A stretch of 64,000 nt of DNA, from NCBI GenBank assembly GCA_021162805.1, contig JAGGXZ010000182.1, forward strand, positions 17,009 through 81,008. The letters run 5' to 3'. The notes beneath the pieces are model-generated. The model saw nothing but the letters and a program-made list of their open reading frames with translations. It made no database searches and was not told the origin of the DNA. The first letter of the stretch is position 1; every line of letters starts with the position of its first letter. Shown one piece after another: positions 54,651 through 64,000 of the stretch. The DNA is from Candidatus Poribacteria bacterium (GTDB lineage Bacteria; Poribacteria; WGA-4E; B28-G17). The position numbers and the translations under genes are program-made.

Positions 54651-54910
54651 GCTCCAGCGCTTTTAGTTTCATGGCCTGGTCTTGTGAAAACCCCTGGTAT
54701 TTAGATTTCCACTTAAAGAAGGTTGATTGTGACACCCCATATTTCCTGCATACGGCGGCAATGGTGGTGTCAGGTAGCTGTGATTCAGCCAGTATCTTTA
54801 TGATCTGGTCTATACTGAACTTCGATTTGCCCATTCTCCTGTCCCCCTTTATCTGCGTTATATTCTTCCATACTCCACTCAATTTGTTCCAGTTTTTGGG
54901 GGGCAGGTCA
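54650..54910 (-). mobile_element. Left part of an IS3-family element (IR plus truncated OrfA)
   Basis: Minus-strand end TGACCTGCCCCCCAAAAACTGGAACA; OrfA from 54834 MGKSKFSIDQIIKIL...VCRKYGVSQSTFFKWKSKY...LKALEQ. Confidence 0.85.
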
Positions 54911-55240
54911 ATCCAAAGGGTAGGAAGCAATACAACGGTAGGGTTGAAAGGAGCTTCAGAACTGATGATGAGGAGTTGTATAGACCCTTTCTGATGGAGA
55001 TAGAGGATGTGGATCAGTTCCTCTCATTTGCTCAGAGTTGGCAGAATTTCTACAATAATGAGAGAGCTCATTTCGGAAGGGGGATGGATGGTTTATCTCC
55101 CATGGAGTTTCTGAGGAAGGAGGGGTATGATTTCCCTGACACTATAGGTTCATTCCCTGTTATGGTGTTGGATGAGGTGGCGTTGGAGGTGCAGGTGAAG
55201 TTCTATCAGATGGGTGGTAACGATCTATTGGCACAATACA
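54911..55240 (+). mobile_element. 3' fragment of an IS481-like integrase-core transposase
   Basis: PKGRKQYNGRVERSFRTDDEE..YN.ER.H...MDGLSP; terminates in ...GGCACAATACA (ACA end). Confidence 0.78.
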
Positions 55241-55349
55241 TTTGTCCCGATCTGATTTGCCACCAGTTTGAGATAGAGACGTGGAAATCAGATATGAAGC
55301 GTGATACGGACTAGTGAGAGGAGATACTTTCAGCCGCTGATCTACTATT

Positions 55350-55378
55350 TTGACTGATACGGTCTACCGGTGTATAAT
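55350..55378 (+). promoter_or_regulatory. Sigma70 promoter
   Basis: TTGACT-17 nt-TATAAT. Confidence 0.7.
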
Positions 55379-55564
55379 TTAAACAGGTGGAAGGAGAAAT
55401 TCTGGAAACCCAAGTAAGCTCGGAAGGCGGAAGATGCGGATTACAAGATCACTTTCGCCACGGGAGATGGCAGCATCAGTGTCGCCTGACGGAGGGAGGA
55501 TGGCTTCTAAGGGCTTGGGGAATGCTTTAAATCCGATGATTAGGAACTCAGGGGGGAGATAGCG

Positions 55565-56566
55565 GTGAATACGGCGAGGGAAATAATCTGTAGAGCAATT
55601 GTGCTTTCTATCCTTACCTTCCTCTGCCTCACCCCATCGATGGCGAAGATAAAGCCTCCGAGGGACATCAAACTCGTCTTCACGACGAAGCTCACGACGC
55701 AGACCAGCGACATATTTCTGCTTGAGAGTCTCGACGGTAAGCCTATCAACCTGACCCAAAACCCCGCTCCCGACTCCTATCCCAGATGGTCTCCAGATGG
55801 GAGGAGGATCGCCTTCGTCTCCGAAAGGGACGGTGATGAGGAGATCTACATCATGGATATCAAGACCCGTAAGGTCGAAAGGCTGACCCACCATCCAGGG
55901 GGAGATAGGTATCCGACGTGGTCCCCGGATGGCAGAAAGATAGCGTTCCTCTCAAGCGGTGAGAACGGGAAGTGGGATTTACGGCTCATAGATCTGATCA
56001 CCCGTAGGGTTAAGATCCTCTCAAAGGTGGTGACGGGATCTTTCGACTGGCATCCGGATGGGAGGAGATTGATCCTGGGTCATCGGGATTCGAGGAGCTT
56101 TTACTTTCTGGATGTGAATCGGGATCAACCCGTCCGGGATTTCCAGGAGATGGAGAGGGTGTCCATACCTCATATCCTCTCGCAGCTTTACAGCCTCTCC
56201 TGTTGCCGGGATGGGGTGAGGATAGCATATGGGGCGAGCGAGACGTCGGCGATATCCGACATACACGTCCTAGATCTGAGAAACGGCAGGTATAAGAACC
56301 TATCAAAGTTGGCATTGAAACCTCCCGGCAGATACGATAACGATCCGAGATGGACGCCCGACGGGAAATTCATCCTCTTCTCGTCGAACAGGGACGGGAA
56401 CGGAAGCGAGGTGGATATATACCTAATGACGGATGAGGGTGAGATCGCTGAGAGGATAGAGCTTGAGGGGACAAATTACTTTCCGGACGCTTTCGATCCC
56501 AAATATGCCTATCCCGTCCCCGATCTCACGCTGAGGCTAAGCCTGTGGGGCTTGATAAAAAGATGA
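55565..56566 (+). CDS. Secreted TolB-like (PD40) beta-propeller protein with short C-terminal WGxIK-type tail
   Basis: Signal peptide; repeats PRWSPDGRRIAF, PTWSPDGRKIAF, WHPDG and PRWTPDGKFILF; ends YPVPDLTLRLSLWGLIKR. Confidence 0.85.
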   Translation: MNTAREIICRAIVLSILTFLCLTPSMAKIKPPRDIKLVFTTKLTTQTSDIFLLESLDGKPINLTQNPAPDSYPRWSPDGRRIAFVSERDGDEEIYIMDIKTRKVERLTHHPGGDRYPTWSPDGRKIAFLSSGENGKWDLRLIDLITRRVKILSKVVTGSFDWHPDGRRLILGHRDSRSFYFLDVNRDQPVRDFQEMERVSIPHILSQLYSLSCCRDGVRIAYGASETSAISDIHVLDLRNGRYKNLSKLALKPPGRYDNDPRWTPDGKFILFSSNRDGNGSEVDIYLMTDEGEIAERIELEGTNYFPDAFDPKYAYPVPDLTLRLSLWGLIKR

Positions 56567-56657
56567 GGATTATCCTCTCTCACAATCTGAACGTCGCGCT
56601 GTCTCTCCTTACGTCAGCGATAGCTGGCGTATCTCATGGAACAAAAAGGGCCTTGCT

Positions 56658-57056
56658 TTATGATTTCTTTGGGCCGAGCAGCCTGATCCTCCTCTCAACG
56701 TCGGGATAGCGGGTCATCCTCAGCTCGTTGAACTTCAAGATGACAAGTTCCGCTAAATAGAGCACCTCGCTTCCCTCCTCCAGATGACCGGAATAGACCT
56801 CCTCATCCCTGTATGAGATGACGACATGAAGATGCGGTTCTCCGTCAGCGATCACCCCGCTGACGGAGACCAGCTCCAACGGCTTTTCGATCGTGAAGAA
56901 TCTGTTCTGGGGCGGGAAATCGGTGTGCTCTATGTGATGCAGATGACAGGATTTCAATGTCCCAATTCCCGAAACCACCACGCCGTTTTGGATGTCGTGC
57001 TTGCGGATAGCCTCCTTAACGGACTCCAGCAACATCTCGCCGGGCTCCAACCCTAT
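56658..57056 (-). pseudogene. DUF296/PPC-family protein lacking its N-terminus
   Basis: GIGTL, ELVSVSG, PHLHVV and SGHLEEG. Starts abruptly at IGLEPGE inside the upstream ORF with no clear start or RBS. Confidence 0.7.
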
Positions 57057-59346
57057 CCTCGGCGGAAAGCAAAGCGCCGTCCTTATATCTGGGAGTCCCC
57101 TCTCGATGGATCAGCTCAGCTCGATCGGCCATCTCCTCAGGCGATCCCTCGAAGAGAAAGGGTACCCCATTCGAGGGCCGCATGCGGGCAGCTCGATCCG
57201 CCTCCTCCCGTTCCCTCCACGTATAGAGCCTTCCCACCATCAGCGAGCTGGTACGGCCGATCATGCCGATCTCCTTACCGCCCCCCGGCTCGAACAGCGT
57301 CCACAAAGCCGCGTGAAAGGCACGGGTGGCCACCTCTTTGAACACCTTCTCACCCGTCAACTCGTAGGCGTAGGCCAGACCGGGCGCCACCATCATGTTG
57401 ATATAGTGCGGGTATACGTCCTCGCGGTGTTTCCGATTGAAAGCGTTCCACTCGTAGATGAAGGCCTCGATGTTCTTAACCCACATAACCTCGACCAGGA
57501 AACGGCTGATATTCACGATCGCCTCCTCAGCCGCCGGGTCGCCCGTGAGACGATGGTAACGCTCCAGCCCCTCCAACACCACCCCTAACATGAAGGGCTT
57601 GCTGCCATCCTCCTGGCAGATGCGCCACCATCGTATGGGATTTCCGCCGATATGGGAGATCTCCTCCAGCTCGCGATCCGGGTCAGAGGTGAAGCGCGCT
57701 AAGAACGCCACCATCTGCCGCATCTTGTCCAGCAGTTTCGGATCACCCGTGACCTCAGCTACGCCGGCCAGCGCCACCAGAGGCCAGCCTACAGCCCGTT
57801 CACACCCCAAAAAGTGTCTACGGACGGCATCGTCGCCTTCTCCGGCGAATATGCCCACGAGGAAATCGGCGAGGGAGCGAGCCGCCTCCCAGCTCCACAC
57901 ATCCCCGTAGAGCAGGTAATTCAGGAGGAGGCCATCGGTCCAGTAATGTCCGAGTTCGCCGCCGGAGGGACGATGGCCGGCGTGATCCTCAGCTTGGTCG
58001 TAGTAACCGTGGAAGCGCATATCCCCATTCGTGGCCTTGCAGTCCACATCGGCCATGTGTACGGCTGAGTGGTAACCCACCTCGCCGTAAAGCGGATTGC
58101 CGGTACGGATGAACTGTAAAAAATAAGCATAGGGGGTATCGTATTCGTTATCCGCGTACATCCGATACTTGCTTCCATATGCCCCCAAAGCCATAGGCCA
58201 GTCGCCGTAGTGCTGTAGGCCGAAGTAATCCGCATCCTGATGCTCCTCGTCGTCCAAAGCGACCGGTGCACCTCGCTCGCCGCCCTTCTCCCTCTCGAGG
58301 GAGGAGAGCCGACCGCCCTCCAAACAGGCGGTGATGGCCCGTTCATATCCGGGGAAGAGCTTCCGGGTCCGTTCAGAGGAGGCCATCAGCGGTCCGAAGA
58401 CCTGCGTGGCACAGGCCCGTTCGGGGTCCAAAGACCAGGAGATAGGCCGAACATCCTGTGACCTCAGTGCGATGCGCACCGAGTGGCGGAAGCTCGTCCC
58501 GCCCTGCACCGCGAGCGGCTCCGCCTCCGCGGGAAAGAAGCTCAGATGCACCTTTTCCCCTTCGACGGAGATCGAAAACGGGGCTCGCTGCCAGCCTTTC
58601 TCCAGGATCACGAAGGCATTTTGGCCCCTAAGCGCCGCCCGCGGATGTCCGGCCACTTCAGGGGCATCGTCGAGGATATAGAAGCCGGGACGCAGAACCG
58701 TCAGTTTCCCGTGCACGCCATCCAGACCCGGCCATGCCCAGCCCCCCGTGCTGAACCGCAGAGTGGCGCCCAGCTCACGCAACCGACATCGTCCCTCCGT
58801 CAGAAAGCTGATACGTTGTTGCCAGTGCAGAAGGGCATTGACCGGATCCACCCGTAGCAGATGATCGAAGCGCAAACCCTCCCTTCGCCGCTGACGCAGG
58901 CGCAGAAGCGGCGCTATCGGACTGGATTCCACCAGTTCCAAATCGTATTCCCCATGACACTCCAGCTCAGGATCGGTCCGAACCAATCCCGGATGAATCT
59001 CCACCCTCTCATCCCCCACCTCGAACGTCCAGAGGGCATCGGAACAGATGAGGCGCGCGTTCCCCAGCTCTATCGAGCTATCATCCTTTAGCTCGATGGA
59101 ATCGGAACGTATCTTATCGGGTATAAGTTTCAGCTCAGAGCTCTCCCCGTCCAGCCGGGCATGGATGAAGATCCATTTGACGCTGCCGTCGGGCCAGCGA
59201 GCCCGCTCCTCCCACCACAGCGGTAAGGGTTTCCCCCGTTGATCCATCAGCATGAAGCCGCCGCCGGATTCCACCTCGCCCATGGCAAAGGGAATCCCGC
59301 ACAGCAGCAAACCGTTTTCCGTTGGATTGTGAACCGTTATTCTCAT
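57016..59346 (-). CDS. PcRGLX/YetA-like alpha/alpha-toroid putative polysaccharide lyase, C-terminus probably truncated
   Basis: GIPFAMGEV...RWPDGSVKW N-terminal motif, GLQHYGDW, NEYD, HMADVD, GHYWTDGL and ERAVGWPL; RBS GGGGAG. Confidence 0.65.
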   Translation of the reverse strand: MRITVHNPTENGLLLCGIPFAMGEVESGGGFMLMDQRGKPLPLWWEERARWPDGSVKWIFIHARLDGESSELKLIPDKIRSDSIELKDDSSIELGNARLICSDALWTFEVGDERVEIHPGLVRTDPELECHGEYDLELVESSPIAPLLRLRQRRREGLRFDHLLRVDPVNALLHWQQRISFLTEGRCRLRELGATLRFSTGGWAWPGLDGVHGKLTVLRPGFYILDDAPEVAGHPRAALRGQNAFVILEKGWQRAPFSISVEGEKVHLSFFPAEAEPLAVQGGTSFRHSVRIALRSQDVRPISWSLDPERACATQVFGPLMASSERTRKLFPGYERAITACLEGGRLSSLEREKGGERGAPVALDDEEHQDADYFGLQHYGDWPMALGAYGSKYRMYADNEYDTPYAYFLQFIRTGNPLYGEVGYHSAVHMADVDCKATNGDMRFHGYYDQAEDHAGHRPSGGELGHYWTDGLLLNYLLYGDVWSWEAARSLADFLVGIFAGEGDDAVRRHFLGCERAVGWPLVALAGVAEVTGDPKLLDKMRQMVAFLARFTSDPDRELEEISHIGGNPIRWWRICQEDGSKPFMLGVVLEGLERYHRLTGDPAAEEAIVNISRFLVEVMWVKNIEAFIYEWNAFNRKHREDVYPHYINMMVAPGLAYAYELTGEKVFKEVATRAFHAALWTLFEPGGGKEIGMIGRTSSLMVGRLYTWREREEADRAARMRPSNGVPFLFEGSPEEMADRAELIHREGTPRYKDGALLSAEDRVGARRDVAGVR

Positions 59347-59426
59347 TCGTCATCTCCCCTTTTACCCTTCCTCCCCGGTCGCTCAGCTCCGAGGAAACCA
59401 CCCCCGTCCATCCATGAGGTTAAATT

Positions 59427-59494
59427 TCACATGTGATCGCCTTGAATTATACAACGAATGACGGAGGGAGAGGAAGATTTTATTTGACATGTGA
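59427..59494. promoter_or_regulatory. Paired palindromic operator sites in a divergent promoter region
   Basis: TCACATGTGA (59427-36) and TGACATGTGA (59485-94). The second overlaps TTGACA-17-TAGATT (59484-59512); the first lies just downstream of minus-strand TATAAT (59446-51). Confidence 0.6.
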
Positions 59495-59555
59495 TGGGAA
59501 ATCCGTTAGATTTAGATCGATTGAGAGATAGGATTGAGCAAGGAGGTATTGAGGG

Positions 59556-61406
59556 ATGTCAAAGGCGAAGAAGCTCGTCGTAATCGGTTTCGACTCGGTT
59601 TCACTGAAGACCCTCGAGCAGTTTGTGAAACGAGGCGTTATGCCAACCGTGGGACGGTTGATGCGTGAAGGTTGCGTCACTCAGACGTGGCCTTGCTTCC
59701 CTATGGAGACGGGGACGAACTGGGCGTGTCTGGCTACCGGTGCATCGCCGTGGGTCTCAGGCTGCAACATGTCAGTTCATTTCCCGGGCACGCCGCTAAA
59801 TCAAAGAAGCAGCGGATTTCCCTCGTCGGTCTGCAAAGCTGAACAGCTTTGGACAACGGCTCACAAGGCAGGCAAACGCTCCATCGTGTTCGATTGGCCG
59901 CAGTCATATCCCCTGAAATTCGAGGATGGCATCATTCACGTCGGGGAGGACGGCCGCCCCGATAACGCCATACGCGCTCTGCAGGAGGTTCGAGCTTATA
60001 TGACGCACCCGAAGAGGCCCGGTCCCCATGTAACGCAGATTCAACCGCGTCCCGCTGAAGGTTGGAGGTACGCGCCGGAGGATGCCCTCGAGTTTGAGGT
60101 CAAGATTGAGCCGGGACCGATGAGCCGATACAGGAAAGTTGATCCGCTATACGCTCTGATCCTGAAGGGGGAGAGAGGCTATGAGAGCGTGTCCCTTTAT
60201 CCCTCACGTTCATCCGCTGAACCTATACTTTCCCTCCAGACGGGTCGGTGGACTCAATGGGTGAAACATACCTTTATAGCGGATGGCACGCCCGTCGTCG
60301 CAGGGCTGAGAGGCAAATTGCTGAAATTATCGCCTGATGCCAGCGAAGTTCACCTGTATCTCAGCGAGATCTACCCGATAGACGATTTCGTCCACCCCGC
60401 CGCTCTGGCGCCCGAACTCGTGGAACGGTGCGGACCTTTCATCATCCAGTGCTCACGCCAACAGGTCGTCCTAGGGGGAGCGTCGGACATCGCCACATAT
60501 TTCGATGAGCAGGAGTATCTCGCCCGATGGTGGCGCAATGCCGCTGAATATATCCTCAGCAATTACGATTGGGATCTCTTCATGCTCAAATGGCATGGGC
60601 CTGACTGGACGAACCATCTCGCCATGTATATGATCGATCCCCGCCACCCGATGTATAGGGAGGACCGAGCGGAGGAGGGGTGGGCGCTGTGGGACAGGCT
60701 CATGAGCTGGGGCGATGAGATCGTAGATAAGGTGATCCAGGCGGCCGGCCCGGATACGCTTGTGGCGCTCGTGTCCGACCACGGCGGCGATACCATGCTG
60801 CCCGGTATCGGCGTCCACAGCAATCCCAACAGGGTCCTGCGGGAAAACGGCTGGCTGGTCTACAAGGAGAAGGGTGGAATCGACTGGACCAAAACCAAGG
60901 CGTTCGGCGTCGAGCATTATGTATACCTCAACGTGAAAGGACGCGATCCCCAGGGGATCGTCGAGCCGGGGGATGAATATCTCTCCCTGAGGGATGAGAT
61001 CATCGAGGCGCTGCTCGAGGCGAAGGATAGCTCGGGACGACATCTTTACAGGGTGGTGCTTCCGATGGAAGAGGCCGGGCGATTGGGAGTTGGCGGCGAC
61101 CGGGTGGGTGATATCTTCATGATCCCCTCCAAGCCTCATCCGCTGGCCAGGATCTCCAAAGAGGAGTTCTGGAAGACGCACTCAGAGGAGGAGACGGGGA
61201 CGTGGGACTGGCCGCGGCTCAATTCGGGGACTCATTCGGACGATTCCTACTTCATCCTTCAAGGTCCGGGCGTGAGGAAGGGGTATCGCCGCGAGCGACC
61301 GACGCTCATCACCAGCGTTGCTCCCACCCTTGCCGTGGCCTGGGGCATTCCGGTGCCGGCGGATGCCGATGGGAGCGTGCTATGGGAATTCCTTGAGAGG
61401 GGGTGA
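59556..61406 (+). CDS. Alkaline phosphatase superfamily / type I phosphodiesterase-nucleotide pyrophosphatase
   Basis: VVIGFD, P.ETGTNWACLATG, DWTNH, VSDHG, LNVKGRDPQGIV, SGTH and DG at the end. Confidence 0.85.
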   Translation: MSKAKKLVVIGFDSVSLKTLEQFVKRGVMPTVGRLMREGCVTQTWPCFPMETGTNWACLATGASPWVSGCNMSVHFPGTPLNQRSSGFPSSVCKAEQLWTTAHKAGKRSIVFDWPQSYPLKFEDGIIHVGEDGRPDNAIRALQEVRAYMTHPKRPGPHVTQIQPRPAEGWRYAPEDALEFEVKIEPGPMSRYRKVDPLYALILKGERGYESVSLYPSRSSAEPILSLQTGRWTQWVKHTFIADGTPVVAGLRGKLLKLSPDASEVHLYLSEIYPIDDFVHPAALAPELVERCGPFIIQCSRQQVVLGGASDIATYFDEQEYLARWWRNAAEYILSNYDWDLFMLKWHGPDWTNHLAMYMIDPRHPMYREDRAEEGWALWDRLMSWGDEIVDKVIQAAGPDTLVALVSDHGGDTMLPGIGVHSNPNRVLRENGWLVYKEKGGIDWTKTKAFGVEHYVYLNVKGRDPQGIVEPGDEYLSLRDEIIEALLEAKDSSGRHLYRVVLPMEEAGRLGVGGDRVGDIFMIPSKPHPLARISKEEFWKTHSEEETGTWDWPRLNSGTHSDDSYFILQGPGVRKGYRRERPTLITSVAPTLAVAWGIPVPADADGSVLWEFLERG

Positions 61407-61410
61407 ACCG

Positions 61411-61913
61411 ATGTTTAAGGCAGGCGCTTCGCAGGTGGTCATCACCCTGCCCGTCGGAACGGCGCTCAGAGGATATTTCAGAAAGCGGATCTCCGACGGC
61501 ATACTCGATGATCTCCACGCCAAAACGCTGGTCTTGGACGACGGCGAACGTCAGGCGGCCCTGATCATATGCGATCTGATAGGGGTGACTAAGAATGCCA
61601 TTAAAGCCGCCCGGAAGTTCATCTCCGAACGATGTGGGATTCCCGAGGACTCGGTGATGATAGCGGCAACTCATACCCATACAGGGCCGAGCCTTGAGGA
61701 CTCCGGGTTTTCGCCAGTTGATCCGGATTGGTACGCTCTATTCCCCAGGCTGATCGCCGGAGGGGTGACGGCGGCTCTGGGCCGGTTGAGGCCCGCCGAG
61801 GTTGCCGTATACGTGGGACGTGAGGATTCCATCGCCTTCAATCGCCGATATCGGATGAGGGACGGCACGGTCAGGACGAACCCAGGCATGGGAAATCCGG
61901 AGGTGGTCGAGCC
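61411..61913 (+). pseudogene. N-terminal fragment of a neutral/alkaline ceramidase-like hydrolase
   Basis: LRGY..R.S.GILDDLHAK, ATHTHTGP and FNRR...DG.V.TNPG; recognisable sequence stops at the convergent pckA stop codon. Confidence 0.78.
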
Positions 61914-63686
61914 TCAGAAGTCCATCGCTGAAAGTATCTCGGAGGATAGACCGGGACACTGGACGGAGAGATGATATTTGCTCATCTCTATCTGAGCCCG
62001 AAGGGCTTTTTTCATCTCATCTATGGATCTGTAGGTAAACGGGTTCAGCTCGGCGAGCCTCTCCTTAGAGAGCCCCGGCACCTCCACCGGCACCAGTACC
62101 TTATCCCCCCAGATGGGATGAGGTTCGTATTTGACGGCTCCTCTGGCGGCCTGGAACAGGAACAGCTCGGTCTCCTCTATTGAGGGTCCTGTTCCTCCTA
62201 CCGGTCGCATTTTACCCCTCTGCATGGAGAAGATCGCCCTCGGTACCTCCAGCTTTTCGCCGTTGATCTCGGTCTGGACCCATCTATAGACAGCTCCGAC
62301 CCTGCCGGTCGTGTTCAGTTGATAGACTTCGACGGGATTATCCGTTCCCTCTCGTTCCTTCATAAACTCATAGAACCTGTTAACATGTTTGGCGCTACCC
62401 ACACCCATGGTGAAGGGCAGGCAATATCGGCTGACGAATTTCTCCTCGCCTACGCCTTCCAGACTTTGAGCGGGATGGCCCACCGTTCTACCGTCGGCCA
62501 GGACCTTAGCGGCAAAGGCAGGATCGTTTATCTTCAGCCACGCGTAATCCGTCACATAACCCGGACTTATGAACACGGCCATGTTAAGCGGACCGCTGGA
62601 GTAGGGAACACCGTCGTAATATCCCGTATCCTCTAACATCAGAACGGATCTGGCATTTTGGTTCGGTATACCCTTAAACTGAAGTATCTTCCCCTCAAAG
62701 CTCACGTTCCCCTTATCATCCCATTCGGTATTCTCGTGCAATGCTTTGGGGGAAGTGGCCGCCTTGTATATAACGACCTGATTCTCATCCACATCTTCAG
62801 TTTTCGTCCATGCCCCTTTTTCCGAGCAGTAGACCCTATCCCTGAATACGGCCACGATATCGTCGTTCTTGATCACCTGGTCGGAGATGAAATCCAGCGG
62901 ATTAACACCGAAAAGCGTCTGAAACCTCTGGGCAATCCTCTCGTCCACCACGTAAAGGCCATGTGTTGATTTCCCGCTTCCAGTCAACCCCCAAACGCAC
63001 ATCACCATCCGCCTGTTGGTCCCATCTATCCGTTTGACCGTGAACTCCTTGAGCGAAGCATGCTCGCCTGTGCCTCCCTTTTTGTAGGCGTGAAGGATCC
63101 AGTGTGAAAGAAAAGCCTTTTTCGTTTCCCCTTGATATGAGCTGACGGTCACTATCGTGTAGTTGTGGTTGGGGAAACGCATAACCATCAACATCCTATC
63201 CGTGCCTGGGATGCTCGGGTTGTTCAGATAATGAGGTATATGAAAGAGCTCTACCTCAGGTTCCTCACTCGGATCGGCGGGGAAGTTAAGGTTTTTCCAC
63301 CTATAGGCTATGTCCGGAAACTGGGGATCACAGTAAAGGCGACATCGCATCGCCGCCACCGTGCCGGGAGGGCCAAGCGTGGCGTCAACGGCTATGATGG
63401 GTCTGGCCAGTATATGTTCTAGAACGCGGAGCATGAGAAATTTATGTTCCTCCCGTAGCTCATCCTCGCTCTCGATCACGACCGTGTTTTGTGCCGACCG
63501 ATGCCATATGTTGGAGCTCCACCCGTAGCTGCCGTTTTTGAACCTCGTCCCATAGGTCTTGGCCCTCTCAAGCAGGTCATCGGGGTTATACTGAACCGCT
63601 TGGATACCACAGCTCTCCTTCATGCGAACTATCTCGCGGAAGATCTCCTTAAACCTGGATATACCTATATCATCCGTGGTAAACAT
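61914..63686 (-). CDS. pckA: Phosphoenolpyruvate carboxykinase (ATP)-like protein
   Basis: YQGETKK, EHAS, GLTGSGKST P-loop, NDD, EKG.W.KT, EN, NARS and NTTG. Divergent member; start chosen downstream of the promoter. Confidence 0.75.
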   Translation of the reverse strand: MFTTDDIGISRFKEIFREIVRMKESCGIQAVQYNPDDLLERAKTYGTRFKNGSYGWSSNIWHRSAQNTVVIESEDELREEHKFLMLRVLEHILARPIIAVDATLGPPGTVAAMRCRLYCDPQFPDIAYRWKNLNFPADPSEEPEVELFHIPHYLNNPSIPGTDRMLMVMRFPNHNYTIVTVSSYQGETKKAFLSHWILHAYKKGGTGEHASLKEFTVKRIDGTNRRMVMCVWGLTGSGKSTHGLYVVDERIAQRFQTLFGVNPLDFISDQVIKNDDIVAVFRDRVYCSEKGAWTKTEDVDENQVVIYKAATSPKALHENTEWDDKGNVSFEGKILQFKGIPNQNARSVLMLEDTGYYDGVPYSSGPLNMAVFISPGYVTDYAWLKINDPAFAAKVLADGRTVGHPAQSLEGVGEEKFVSRYCLPFTMGVGSAKHVNRFYEFMKEREGTDNPVEVYQLNTTGRVGAVYRWVQTEINGEKLEVPRAIFSMQRGKMRPVGGTGPSIEETELFLFQAARGAVKYEPHPIWGDKVLVPVEVPGLSKERLAELNPFTYRSIDEMKKALRAQIEMSKYHLSVQCPGLSSEILSAMDF

Positions 63687-63711
63687 TCCCCACCCCCATG
63701 CTTTTCGATTA

Positions 63712-63740
63712 ATTATATTTCGTCCATTTCGGGATGTCAA
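63712..63740 (-). promoter_or_regulatory. Consensus sigma70 promoter of pckA
   Basis: Minus strand TTGACA-17 nt-TATAAT. Confidence 0.8.
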
Positions 63741-63781
63741 GCTATTGCGCTTCCGATGAAGAAGGAGCGATATCCCAGAGG

Positions 63782-64000
63782 CTAGGAGAGTATATCGGGG
63801 CTGATGGCAAGTATAACATCGAATTCACCGCCGTTGAATTTGAAAGGAACCCATAGGCTACATAGATCCCCGCTTCCCATATCTATCTCATAATCCCTTC
63901 CCGATATTATGGTGGGTATCGACAGATTGAACTCAAGTCCCATATCCGAAAGGAAGGAGTTAACGCTTCCGGATATCATATTGGCGATCTCACCTAGAGC
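63782..64000 (-). CDS. cheX: 3' part of chemotaxis phosphatase CheX
   Basis: ALGEIANMISG...FNLSIPTIISG...VPF; the frame runs off the window end. Confidence 0.85.
   Translation of the reverse strand, partial: ALGEIANMISGSVNSFLSDMGLEFNLSIPTIISGRDYEIDMGSGDLCSLWVPFKFNGGEFDVILAISPDILS

Noticed and set aside
55385..55560. ncRNA in the long leader of the TolB-like gene
   Set aside because: No convincing stems or known motifs; it looks like a decayed coding remnant.
1..64000. Apparent abundance of GATC/CGATCG (HIP1-like signal)
   Set aside because: Could be explained by frequent ATC/GAT codons; cannot be supported without codon-corrected k-mer counts.

Overview
Bacterial chromosomal window with no rRNA, tRNA or CRISPR array detected. 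The PorV-like barrel, AMIN, TolB-like and OmpA-like proteins indicate a diderm. The FlgD/T9SS-like C-terminal domains and a P-V..L-W-G-x-I-K tail resemble Poribacteria/FCB-adjacent lineages, but that taxonomy is inference only. From left to right the window holds: (1) two secreted proteins with T9SS-like C-terminal domains, one an M6 protease; (2) a xylose-isomerase-like gene; (3) a yicC-gmk-[MNT-HEPN]-rpoZ-coaBC-rsmA operon; (4) a sigma54-driven flagellar export/regulation operon, fliLMNOPQR-X-flhBA-flhFG-pilZ-fliA-fapA-Y, where X is a translationally coupled HEAT+vWA protein and Y is an AMIN-linker-TM-HTH (SwrB/FipA-like) protein; (5) an orphan iorA, a radical SAM/SPASM gene and pseudogene debris; (6) a 3658-aa secreted repeat protein built from three super-modules; (7) sugar-catabolism genes and a MazF TA pair; (8) a nagB-pta-glmU-like-porV-like-G1PDH operon; (9) three nested IS fragments; (10) a TolB-like propeller, a decayed divergent catabolic locus, a pckA-like gene and partial cheX. 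The most interesting items are the two non-canonical genes inside the flagellar export operon, the apparent coexistence of two C-terminal sorting signals with a PorV-like barrel, and dispersed 7-nt periodic repeats, some inside signal-peptide coding regions. All family calls come from motif recognition by eye; no searches were run.
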